Positions 11,407-22,303 of a stretch of DNA of 64,000 nucleotides are shown piece by piece. The stretch is taken from positions 54,932,001 through 54,996,000 of the forward strand of contig NC_091285.1 in assembly GCF_032444005.1 (NCBI RefSeq), written 5' to 3'. The notes beneath the pieces were generated by a model. The model ran no database searches. It was not told the DNA's origin and saw only the letters and a program-made list of their open reading frames with translations. Numbering within the stretch: position 1 is the first letter of the stretch; every line of letters begins with the position of its first letter. The stretch comes from Ranitomeya imitator (taxonomy: Eukaryota). Position numbers and translations under genes: made by a program.

Positions 11407-13782
11407 CTGTACATTGCTGATCTTGGGAAGGTGGACATTTGTTGGATCTGTTCCATGAGCAGAATCATCAGTGTCTATGAGATTCTCTGTGGGGACGTTC
11501 TGCACTGGTTTCAGATAAGCGATTTCATTCTGCTTGGAGTCCAGAGTCACACACACATCATAGGAGAATGGGAAAGGTAAACTGGTATCACTGATCTCAG
11601 AAGGACATCCCAGGGTGAACTGAGGATACACGTTTCTATTGAAAGCATCAAAGGATGTTGGACTGTGAGTTTTTCGGCATTTAGCGATGACTGTGATTAA
11701 CACTATGACAATGAATAACAGAGAGATCAGACCTATAGCTATTACAAGGTAGAATGTGGTATTGGAGACAGTTGCTGAGTTATTGGGTTGACGTCTTATT
11801 TCTGGCACAACTTGCTGAAAATTTTCTGCTACAACCAAGTTCAAAGTTGCTGTAGATGACAGAGATGGTACGCCATTATCTTTGACCAGAACTACAATTT
11901 TTTGTCTTAATGTTTCTATATCTGGAAGATCTCTTCCAATTCTGATTTCACCAGTATATTGCCCAATGGATAAAATAGAAGGATCGGGAACTTGTAGTAA
12001 GTGATAGGAGAGCCAGGCGTTGTGTCCAGAGTCAGCGTCCACTGCAATCACTTTGGTGACTAGATAACCTTTCTCAGCAGAGTGAGGAATATACTCAAAT
12101 AATGCTGATCCCTCAGTGTCTGGTGATGGGTAGAGGATCTTCGGAGCATTATCATTCTTATCAATGACACATATCCTCACTGTGACATTACTGCTTAGAG
12201 GAGGAGATCCACTGTCTTTAGCCATCACCTGGAACTGAAATTCCCGCAACTGTTCATAGTCAAATGATCTCTGGGCGAAGAGAACTCCAGACATTGAGTT
12301 TATGGAGACATAAGATGTCACTGGGATGTCATCAATATTTTGGCTAATGATGGTATAAGTGACTCTAGCGTTCTCATTTTCATCCAGGTCAGACGCATGA
12401 ATATTCTGTATTGATGCTCCTGCTGGAATGTGCTCTAGAATATGAGAAATATAAAAAGGTTTTCCAAAAACTGGTTCATTATCATTCACATCTGAGACAG
12501 TAATGTGAACTGTTTTCTTAGTGACCATTGGAGGAGAGCCTTCATCTTCTGCTATAAGTGTGATGTTGTATGCTGACGTCGTCTCTCTGTCAAGTTCTCC
12601 TGCAGTTACAAGCTTGTAATAATTATTAGATGATGGAACTAGTTTAAATGCCTTTATTTCTGTTATTTGACAGTTCACTTCTCCATATTTCCCAGAATCC
12701 AAATCCTTTACATTAATCAATGCTACGAGCGTCCCAGGTGAAGAATCCTCTGGAATTGGAGTAGACAGTGACGTAATCGTTATCTCAGGAGCATTGTCGT
12801 TAAGATCCAAAATTTGTATAGAGACAGTACATTTGGAAACTAGACCTCCACCATCAGTAGCTTTCACCATCATCTCATAGGTCTGTGCTGTTTCATAGTC
12901 TAGTTTTCCTATAATTTTTATGATCCCACTCTGAGAATCAATAGTAAATACTTGTTTTGCACTTTCAGGAATGTGACTAAATGAATATGAGATTTCTGCA
13001 TTGGATCCTTCATCCTTATCGCTGGCGTTCAATTGTAAAGCCACATATCCAATTGGAAAATCTTCATTTAAACTAACTTTATAATTTTTTTGACTAAATA
13101 CTGGATAATTGTCATTTATATCCTGAACTTCAATCTTTATCATGGCAGTTCCAGTTTTAATTCTTTTTCCTCCATCAGAAGCAGTTAAAATAAATTCAAA
13201 TTTTTGCTGCTTTTCACGATCCAAAGAATGCACTAAGGTAAGTTCTGGATTTTCCATGTCTGATTTTTCCACCAGTGAGAAGTATGAATTGGGACTTAGA
13301 CTATAGCTTTGTAAAGAATTGGTGCCTAAATCTGGATCTCGCGCATGTTCTAAAACAAATCTTGCTCCAGGCAATGAAGATTCACTTATTCTTAGATTAA
13401 ATATTTCATTTGGAAAACTTGGTGGGTTATCATTTATATCTTGGATTTCAATTTTTGCAGAAAAAACATTTACTGGATTTTCGGCTAAAATCTCAAGATC
13501 CAGAAAGCAGCTCAGCTCTGCCCCACAGATCTCCTCCCTGTCTATCCTGTCACTCACATATAAATTACCATTTTCTGCGCTGATATTGAAACAATTTCTG
13601 CTGTGATGAGAAACAATCCTTAACTTTCTCATTTTAAGGTTGCTGCTGTCCAATCCTAAATCTTCTGCAACGTTCCCAATGATAGAATTTAGCTTCAGCT
13701 CCTCTAGAATTGAGTAGTAGAACTGATTAGGAGCAGCCATAGAAAAGAAACCAAAGTAGAAAAATAGTACTTGCCAAGCCAT
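11407..13782 (-). CDS. pcdhg: Clustered protocadherin (gamma-like) variable exon A
   Basis: Signal peptide MAWQVLFF, six cadherin repeats (DRE, DxNDN, DxD motifs), TM helix and cytoplasmic segment. Ends CAG|GTATGA at 11407/11406; the ORF track runs on to a stop at 11401. The symbol is family-level only. Confidence 0.95.
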
Positions 13783-13967
13783 GTCCTGGGTATAGTAAAA
13801 TCCTGAATTCTTGCAGTTGTTTTCTTAGAATTCAAATAAAGATAAAAAAATGAAGGGTAATACGATCAGAGACACAGCCTTGCTTCCTTTTCCGATATGC
13901 AATGTCTGGATATTATAGAAAAATCACTAGCTCCACACACTGTTCAGATAGATTTTGAAATTGTTAG

Positions 13968-13987
13968 ACAACAGCACCACCATGAGG
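13968..13987 (-). promoter_or_regulatory. CSE/CTCF-like promoter motif of exon A
   Basis: CCTCATGGTGGTGCTGTTGT; resembles the CTCF core and sits at a similar distance upstream of all six exons. Confidence 0.7.
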
Positions 13988-14598
13988 AAAAAGAAAAATG
14001 CTACAAATAAGAATTGCACACTAAAAAAAATTATCATTAGAAAAATGTTTTTACTTTATTATTTACCTTTTCATTTTGCAGAATAGGCAACTTTTCCTTA
14101 CTAAGATACGACGAAATTGTTAAATCTTTTATGTTAAGTTTGCTATCATTATTATTAAAATCTATTTAGTTAGTAAATTACACTACGGAAATAAAACAAT
14201 TTTTCTATATCTATTTTGTAACTATATTTATGTGCCATATATACCATGTTTCATATAATCTGACCCTTTAATCTGTTTTTTTTCTATGAGTTTCCTCAAC
14301 TTTTATATGTTTGTTTTATATCATTTTTGTGGAAAGCTATGTTTATTAAAATTGCTATTTTATTATGATGAAGTGTACAACATCTGCTTTCCATGTAGAA
14401 TTGGGCACTGTATCATTTACTATGATTGGCACATATTTCCTTTTTATTTTTTTTGCATTTTTTTTATAACCCAATGTGTAACCAGACCAGAATAATCTGT
14501 TGCTTAACTGCAGTCTCAGCTGTTCTTTATATTTTACCATTACACTCATATGGCTTAACTTACTTATTTTATGTTCCTGAATGAGACTAACATTTTAA

Positions 14599-17158
14599 CC
14601 CCTTTGAGATGGAGCCTGTTTTCACCTTCATGCCCAAGCCAATTTTTACAATTCTGACCACTGTCACTTTATGATATAATAAACCTGGAATGCTTCAACG
14701 GAACCTGGTGATTCTGAGTTTTCTCGTGACATATTGCATTTTATGATACTGGTAAAATTTCTTTAATATGATTTGCGTTTATGTGTGAAAAAAATGGAAA
14801 TTTGGCAAAACATTTTGTAAATTTTGCAATTTTCAAACTTTTAATTTTTCTGCCCTTAAATCAGAGTCATACCGCACAAAATAGTTAAGAAATAACACTT
14901 CCATATGTCTACTTTACATCAGCACAATTTTGTAAACATAATTTTTGTTAGGAAGTTATAAGGGTTAAAAGTTGACCAGCAATTTTTAATTTTTACAACA
15001 AAATTTGCAAAATCCTTTTTTTTAGGGACCACATCACACTTAAAGTGACTTTGAGGGGCCTATATGACAGACAATGCCCCAAAATGACACCATTTTAAAA
15101 ACTGCACTCCTCAAGGTACTCAAAAGCACATTCAAGAAGTTTAATAACCCTTCAGATGCTTCACAGGAACTTTTGGAATGTGGTAGGAAAAAATAAACAT
15201 TTATTTTTCATTCACAAAAATTTTCTTTAGACCTAATTTTTTTTTACTTTTGCAAAGGTAACAGGAGAAAATGGACCATACGTTTTGTTGTGACATTTCT
15301 CCTGAGCATGCCGATACTTCATATGTGGGGGAAAACTACTGTTTTGGCGCACGGCAGGGTTCAGACGGAAGTAGCACCATTTGACTTTTAGAATGCAAAA
15401 TTTGCTGAAATCATTTGCAAACACCATGCCGTGTTTGGAGAGTCCCCGATGTGCCTAAAAAGTGGAAGCCCAAACAAGTGACCCCAATTTGGAAACTAGA
15501 CCCTTTAGGGATCTTATCTAGATGTGTGGTAAGCACCTTGAACACCCAATACTTCAAAAACGTTTATAACGTAGAGCCATGGAAATAAAAAAAAATCACA
15601 TTTTTCCCAAATAAATCTTTTAAGCTCCAAATTTTGCATTTACATAAAGGTAACATGAGAAATTGCACAATACAATTTTTTGTGCAATTTCTCCTCAGTA
15701 CGCCGCTACCCAATATGTGAAGGGAAACAACTGTTTGGGCGCACGGCAGGACTTGAAAGGGAAACAGCGCCATTTGACTTTTGAAATGCAAAATTTGATG
15801 GAACAATTAGCGGACACCATGTTGTATTTGAAGAGCCCCTGATGTGCCTAAACAGTGGAAACTGCCCACAATTGACACCACTTTGGAAACTAGACCCCTT
15901 CTAGAACTTATCTAGAAGTGTATTGACCACCTTGAACCCACTGGTGCTTCACAGAAGTTTATAGCATAGAGCCGTGGAAATAAAATAAATCACATTTTTT
16001 CCCAAATAAATGTATTTTAGCTCCATATTTTGCATTTTCATAAGAGTAACAAGAGAAATTGCTTCATACAATTTGTTATGCAATTTCTCCTGAGTACGCC
16101 AATACCACATATGTGGGGGAATACTACTGTTTGGGTGCACAGCAGGGCTTGGAAGGGAAGGAGCGCCATTTGACTTTTTGAATGCAAAATTTGATGGAAT
16201 AATTAGTGGATGCCATATCGCGTTTGAAAAGCACCTGATGCACCTAAACAGTAGAAACCCCCACAAGTGACACCATTTTGAAAAATATACCCCTTTGGGA
16301 CCTTATCTAGATGTTTATTGAGCACCTTGAATCCTCAGGTGCTTCACATATATTTGTAACGTTAAGCTGTGAAAATAAAAAAAATCACATTTTCCTGCAA
16401 AAAACAAACTATTTTACCTACAAATTTTGTATTTTCCTAAGGGCAAAAGTAGAAAATGGACCCCAAAGTTTGTTGTGCAATTTCTTCTGAATTCACTGAT
16501 ACCCCATATGTGGTCGAAAACTACTTTTGAGGCACAGTGCAAAGCTCAGAAGGGAAGTAGCATCATATTACAGTGCAGATTTTGCTGCACTGATTTGAGG
16601 GTGCCATGTGACATTGGCAGAGCCCCTGCGGTGCCAGAACAGCAGAACCCCACATAATTGACCCCATTTTACCAATTAAACCGCTCAATAAATTCATCTA
16701 GGGGTGTAGTGATTATATTGACACCACAGGTGTGTCACAAACTTTTATACCAATGGGTAGTGAAGAAAAAATAATTTACATTTTTATGAACAAGATTGTG
16801 TGTTAGCCCCACACTGGGAAATGGGTAAAAATGGCATCAAAATTTGTCCTACAATTTCTGCTGAATGTAGAAATCCCTCATATGTGGCTGTACAGTACTA
16901 CTTTGCCATACGGAGTGAATTAAGAGGGACAAAGCGCCATTTGTCTCCGGTAGCGCAGATTTTCCTAGACTAGTTTGTGGATTCCATATAAAGAGCCCCT
17001 AAGTGCTAGAAAAGCAGAATTCCCCCTCAAGTGACCACATTTTGGAAATTATAACCCTTTGGAATTTATCTACAGATGTAGTGACGTTTTTGACTCCATT
17101 GGTGTTTTCCAGAAACAGGCAGCAGTGGATGTTGCTGAGTAAAAATTGCAAACTGCTG
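14599..17158. mobile_element. Non-autonomous DNA element, piggyBac-like, with ~390-bp internal subrepeats
   Basis: Starts TTAA|CCCCTT. A degenerate motif (aagtgaccccattttggaaactagaccc) recurs at ~15083, 15477, 15870, 16266, 16657 and 17030. The right terminus was not found. Confidence 0.5.
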
Positions 17159-17159
17159 T

Positions 17160-17470
17160 TGCAGCGCCCCAGGGTCCTGGTCATTGCAGTAATATCATTC
17201 TCCTCTAGGGGGAGTGATGTTACGTCTGAAGGCAATAAAGGAGATCATTTTACCAGGTATCACAAACCACACAACACACTTCACACTCCAGTCCACCAGG
17301 GGGAGCCATGCTCCTATTTATTAGGGCACTTCTCACAATTAGGTAAAACTGGTGGTCTGGATAGGAAGTTAGGCAGAAGCTGTCTGGGCTTCACCCAGTG
17401 AGCTGCTATCTGAGCTCTGCTCAGGTAGTTGGTCCCTGACAGGGGTGGGACTGTCAGAGGCCTAAACAGA
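17160..17470 (+). mobile_element. LTR fragment, same family as 35421-36551
   Basis: tgcagcgccccagggtcctggtcattgcagtaatatc resembles the reverse complement of the 36551 end (tgtaacaccccaggtaaccggttgttacagtgatgttg). Confidence 0.5.
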
Positions 17471-18147
17471 AGGTCACGGAGCTGCATTTTAAAGGCTTTT
17501 CCCAAGTTATCTATCAGCAGTGCACCGCCCGGTTTCTTGTTTGTGGTGGGTGGAGTGATCTTCATTGACAGCTGGAATTATGGTGCCGCTAGCCCAAACT
17601 GTAAACTCTCTGAGGCTGCAAGCAGAGGCAGCTTAGCTTTTGTAACATAAGAGAAGTGCAGGGGCACTAAAGCTGGCACATCCAGCAATCCAGACAACTT
17701 CAAAGCAGCACTTGCAAACTCTTTTAAAATCAAAGTATTTGGAATCTAACAAGTAAAATGTGTTAAATCCAAGTGGATCTGATAGCGCCTATAGTACTTT
17801 GATTTAACAACAATTTACTCATTAGTTGCCAAATACTTTGTTTGCTAATATTTCTGCAACAGGAGGCAAATTATACAAAAAGTGTTTTGTTCTACTCTGC
17901 AGCCACTATTACATTGTGTATCCAGTTCAGCATAAAAATTGATGAAATGTACTCTTTAAGGAGAACTGTGTTGGACAGCAAACAGTACCATCTGATACTC
18001 ATGGTCTCCACTGTTAATAACTGTTTTGACTACCATATGTCTAGTAGACCCCTATGATTAGATATAGTAGGCATAGAACGGCTATAGAAGGTGGATGCTC
18101 CTTGGCAGATTTATAGATATAAGAAGATAAAACTAGGCACTTTCTAG

Positions 18148-19083
18148 TAGGGTTGAGCGACCTTTACTTTCATAGGATTGGGTCGGGTTTCACGAAAAAA
18201 AAGTCGGGGTCGGGGTCGGCCGAAACCTGAAACCCAATGCAGTGCATTGGGTTTCCATGGTTCACAGGGTCTGAAGGAGCGGAAACTCTCCTTCAGGCCC
18301 TGTGATCCATATTTTAGTGTAAAATAAAGAATTAAAATAAAAAATATCACAATACTTACCCTCTGACGCGCCCTGGTACTAACCGGGAACCTTCCTTCCT
18401 TAGAATCAGCCTTCCAGGACCTTGCGGTGATGTCGCGGTGACGTCGCGGCTTGTGATTGGCTGGGCGGCCGCCCATGTGACCGCTCGCGCGACCAATCAC
18501 AAGCCGCGACGTCACCGCGAAGTCACCGAAGGTCCTGGAAGGGCTGATTCTTAGGAAGGAAGGCTGCCGGAAAGAAGCAGGGTGCGTCCGAGGGTGAGTA
18601 TATACCTAATAGGAATATACTCACCCTCGGACGCGCCCTGCTTCTTTCCGGCAGCCTTCCTTCCTAAGAATCAGCCCTTCCAGGACCTTCGGTGACGTCG
18701 CGGCTTGTGATTGGTCGCGTGAGCGGTCACATGGGCGGCCGCGCGGCCAATCACAAGCCGCGACGTCACCGCGACGTCACCGCAAGGTCCTGGAAGGCTG
18801 ATTCTAAGGAAGGAAGGTTCCCGGTTAGTACCAGGGCGCGTCAGAGGGTAAGTATTGCGATATTTTTTATTTTAATTCTTTATTTTACACTTAAATCTGA
18901 ATTCCAATACCAATTCCCGATATAAACATATCGGGAATCGGTATCGGAATTCCGATTCTAGATTCAAAAGATCGCCGACTTCATGGCCGACCCCACACAG
19001 GGGTCGGGTCGGGTTTCATGAAATCCGACCTTGCCAAAAGTCGGCGACTTTTGAATATTTTCGACCCGTTTTGCTCAACCCTA
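18148..19083. mobile_element. hAT MITE (936 bp) with 8-bp TSD and a large internal palindrome
   Basis: TIRs TAGGGTTGAGCGA / TTGCTCAACCCTA; perfect TSD CTTTCTAG at 18140-18147 and 19084-19091. Confidence 0.95.
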
Positions 19084-19704
19084 CTTTCTAGTTGACCCCT
19101 GGACATATTAGAATTCAGGTTGTATCTTCTAAACAAATAAAAAAAGATGTGAATGGACCCCAAGATATAGATATCCAACATTGCTTACTAGAGCTACAAT
19201 ATTGCTTTCTGTCACATTACAATTTCATGATATTATTATGAATGTACAGCATCAAAACAAATTGAACTGTAACTTAGATTTTTCTTAAAAGAGATTTCTG
19301 ACAAGCAAATCACAAAGTTGCCAGGTTTGGTGAAATTCAAAAAATTTGACACAATTTCAATTTGCATCAAAGTGATTTCATCATCTCTGTTAGCGAGGAA
19401 AGTGATTTGACCACAGACAATATCTTAAAATAAATGCTTCCACATGCAGAAATTAAAAGCTAGTATGGTTTACAGTATATTGTTACTTTAAGGAAATGTG
19501 TGGTTCAACCTTTAATACTATAATTACAAGACCATGGAAGTAAAACAGTAAAAATATATTTAATATTATAAATGTAAATTCTTATTACAGCTCATTTTCA
19601 TATGCCTAGTCTACTTTAAATGTCCTATGCAACTTACAAGAAAGTAGCTTGATATAATACCTATTTCAGAAGTTTGAAGAACATAGATAAAAACTCTACC
19701 TTAC

Positions 19705-22074
19705 CTGTGTAGTTTGTTCAGAAGGCCCACTATTATTAACAACCGTAGAATCACCAGTTTCTATGAGATTCTCTGTGGGGACGTTCTGCACTGGTTTCAG
19801 ATAAGCGATTTCATTCTGCTTGGAGTCCAGAGTCACACACACATCATATGAGAATGGGAAAGGTAAACTGGTATCACTGATCTCAGAAGGACATCCCAGG
19901 GTGAACTGAGGATACACGTTTCTATTGAAAGCATCAAAGGATGTTGGACTGTGAGTTTTTCTGCATTTAGCGATGACTGTGATTAACACTGTGACAATGA
20001 ATAACAGAGAGATCAGACCTATAGCTACTACAAGGTAGAATGTGGTATTGGAGGCAGTTGCTGAGTTATTGGGTTGACGTCTTATTTCTGGCACAACTTG
20101 CTGAAAATTTTCTGCCACAACCAAGTTCAAAGTGACTGTAGATGACAGAGATGGTACGCCATTATCTTTTACTAGGACTACAATCTTTTGCCTTAAAGTT
20201 TCTATATCTGGAAGATCTCTTCCGATTCTGATTTCCCCAGTATATTGACCAATGGTTAAAATGGAAGGATCGGGAACTTGTAGTAAGTGATAGGAGAGCC
20301 AGGCGTTGTGTCCAGAGTCAGCGTCCACTGCAATCACTTTGGTGACTAGATAACCTTTCTCAGCAGAGTGAGGAATAAACTCAAATAATGCTGATCCCTC
20401 AGTGTCTGGTGATGGGTAGAGGATCTTCGGAGCATTATCATTCTTATCAATGATACATATCCTCACTGTGACATTACTGCTTAGAGGAGGAGATCCACTG
20501 TCTTTAGCCATCACCTGGAACTGAAATTCCCGCAACTGTTCATAGTCAAATGATCTCTGGGCGTAGAGAACTCCTGTCATTGAGTTTATGGAGACATAAG
20601 ATGTTACTGGAATGTCATCAATATTTTGGCTAATGATGGTATAAGTGACCCTAGCATTCTCATTTTCATCCAGGTCAGATGCATGAATATTCTGTATTGA
20701 TGCTCCTGCTGGAATGTGCTCTAGAATATGAGAAATATAAAAAGGTTTTCCAAAAACTGGTTCATTATCATTCACATCTGAGACAGTAATGTGAACTGTT
20801 TTCTTAGTGACCATTGGAGGAGAGCCTTCATCTTCTGCTATGATTGTGATGTTGTATGCTGACGTCGTCTCTCTGTCAAGTTCTCCTGCAGTTACAAGCT
20901 TGTAATAATTATTGGACGATGGAGCTAACTTAAGTGCCTTCATTTCTGTTATTTGACAGTTCACGTCTCCATTTTTACCAGAATCCAAATCCTTTACATT
21001 AATCAATGCTACGAGCGTCCCAGGTGCAGAATCCTCTGGAATTGGAGTAGACAGTGACGTAATCGTTATCTCAGGAGCATTGTCGTTAAGATCCAAAATT
21101 TGTATTGGAACAGAACATTTTGCAACTAGACCTCCACCATCAGTAGCTTCCACCGTCAATTCATAGGTCTGTGCTGTTTCATAGTCTAGTTTTCCTATTG
21201 TCTTAATGACTCCAGTTTGAGAATCAATAGTAAATACTTGTTTTGCACTTTCAGGAATGTGACTAAATGAATATGAAATTTCTGCATTGGATCCTTCATC
21301 TTTATCACTGGCGTTCAATTGTAAAGCTACATATCCAATTGGTAAGTTTTCATCTAAACTAATTTTATAATGTTTTAGACTAAATACTGGATAATTGTCA
21401 TTTATGTCTTGAACATCAATCTTGATAATTGCAATTCCAGTTTTGATAGGTTTTCCTCCATCGGAAGCAGCTAAAATAAATTCATATCGTTGCTGCTTTT
21501 CACGATCCAAAGATTGCACTAAGGTAAGTTCAAGATATTCTATTCCAATCTCATGTTTTTCCACCAATGAAAAGTATAAATTGGGACTTAGACTATAACT
21601 TTGTAAAGAATTGGTGCCTAAATCTGGATCTCGCGCATGTTCTAAAACAAATCTTGCTCCAGGCAATGAAGATTCACTTATTCTTAGATTAAATATTTCA
21701 TTTGGGAAGATTGGCGGATTATCATTTATATCTTGGATTTCAACTTGAACAGAATAAACATTTACTGGATTTTCTGCCAAAATTTCAAGATCTAGAAAGC
21801 AGCTCTGCTCTGCCCCACAGATCTCCTCCCTGTCTATCCTGTCACTGACATATAAATTACCATTTTCTGCGCTGATATTGAAATAATTTCTGCTGTGATG
21901 AGAAACAATCCTTAACTTTCTCATTTTAAGGTTGCTGCTGTCCAATCCCAAATCTTCTGCAACGTTCCCAATGATAGAATTTAGCTTCAGCTCCTCTAGA
22001 ATTGAGTAGTAGAACTGATTAGGAGCAGCCATAGAAAAGAAACCAAAGTAGAAGAATAGTACTTGCCAAGCCAT
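19705..22074 (-). CDS. pcdhg: Clustered protocadherin (gamma-like) variable exon B
   Basis: ATG of MAWQ at 22074 (the ORF-track start at 22182 is a TTG); full EC1-6, TM and cytoplasmic segment; donor CAG|GTAAGG at 19705/19704. Confidence 0.95.
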
Positions 22075-22283
22075 GTCCTGGGTATAGTAAAAAGCCGAAT
22101 TCTTGCAGCTGGACTCCAAATAGCTTCCAAATAAAGCTAAAAACTGGAGGTTATTATCCAAAACACAATACAAGAGAGACAAACAGAAATCCAGCCTTGC
22201 TCCTTGTCCTGATCTGCAATGTCTGTGCTTTTAAAGAATTACAAGCGCCACACACTATTCGAATGACTTATGCGTATTGTTAG

Positions 22284-22303
22284 GTAATACCACCATCATG
22301 AGG
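22284..22303 (-). promoter_or_regulatory. CSE/CTCF-like promoter motif of exon B
   Basis: CCTCATGATGGTGGTATTAC. Confidence 0.6.

Noticed and set aside
18144-18925. Two ORFs with nearly the same peptide (MTSRLVIGR...) on opposite strands
   Set aside because: Direct consequence of the MITE palindrome.
22075-22182. 36-aa N-terminal extension of exon B
   Set aside because: Starts at TTG; paralogues begin at the MAWQ ATG, which is followed by a proper signal peptide.
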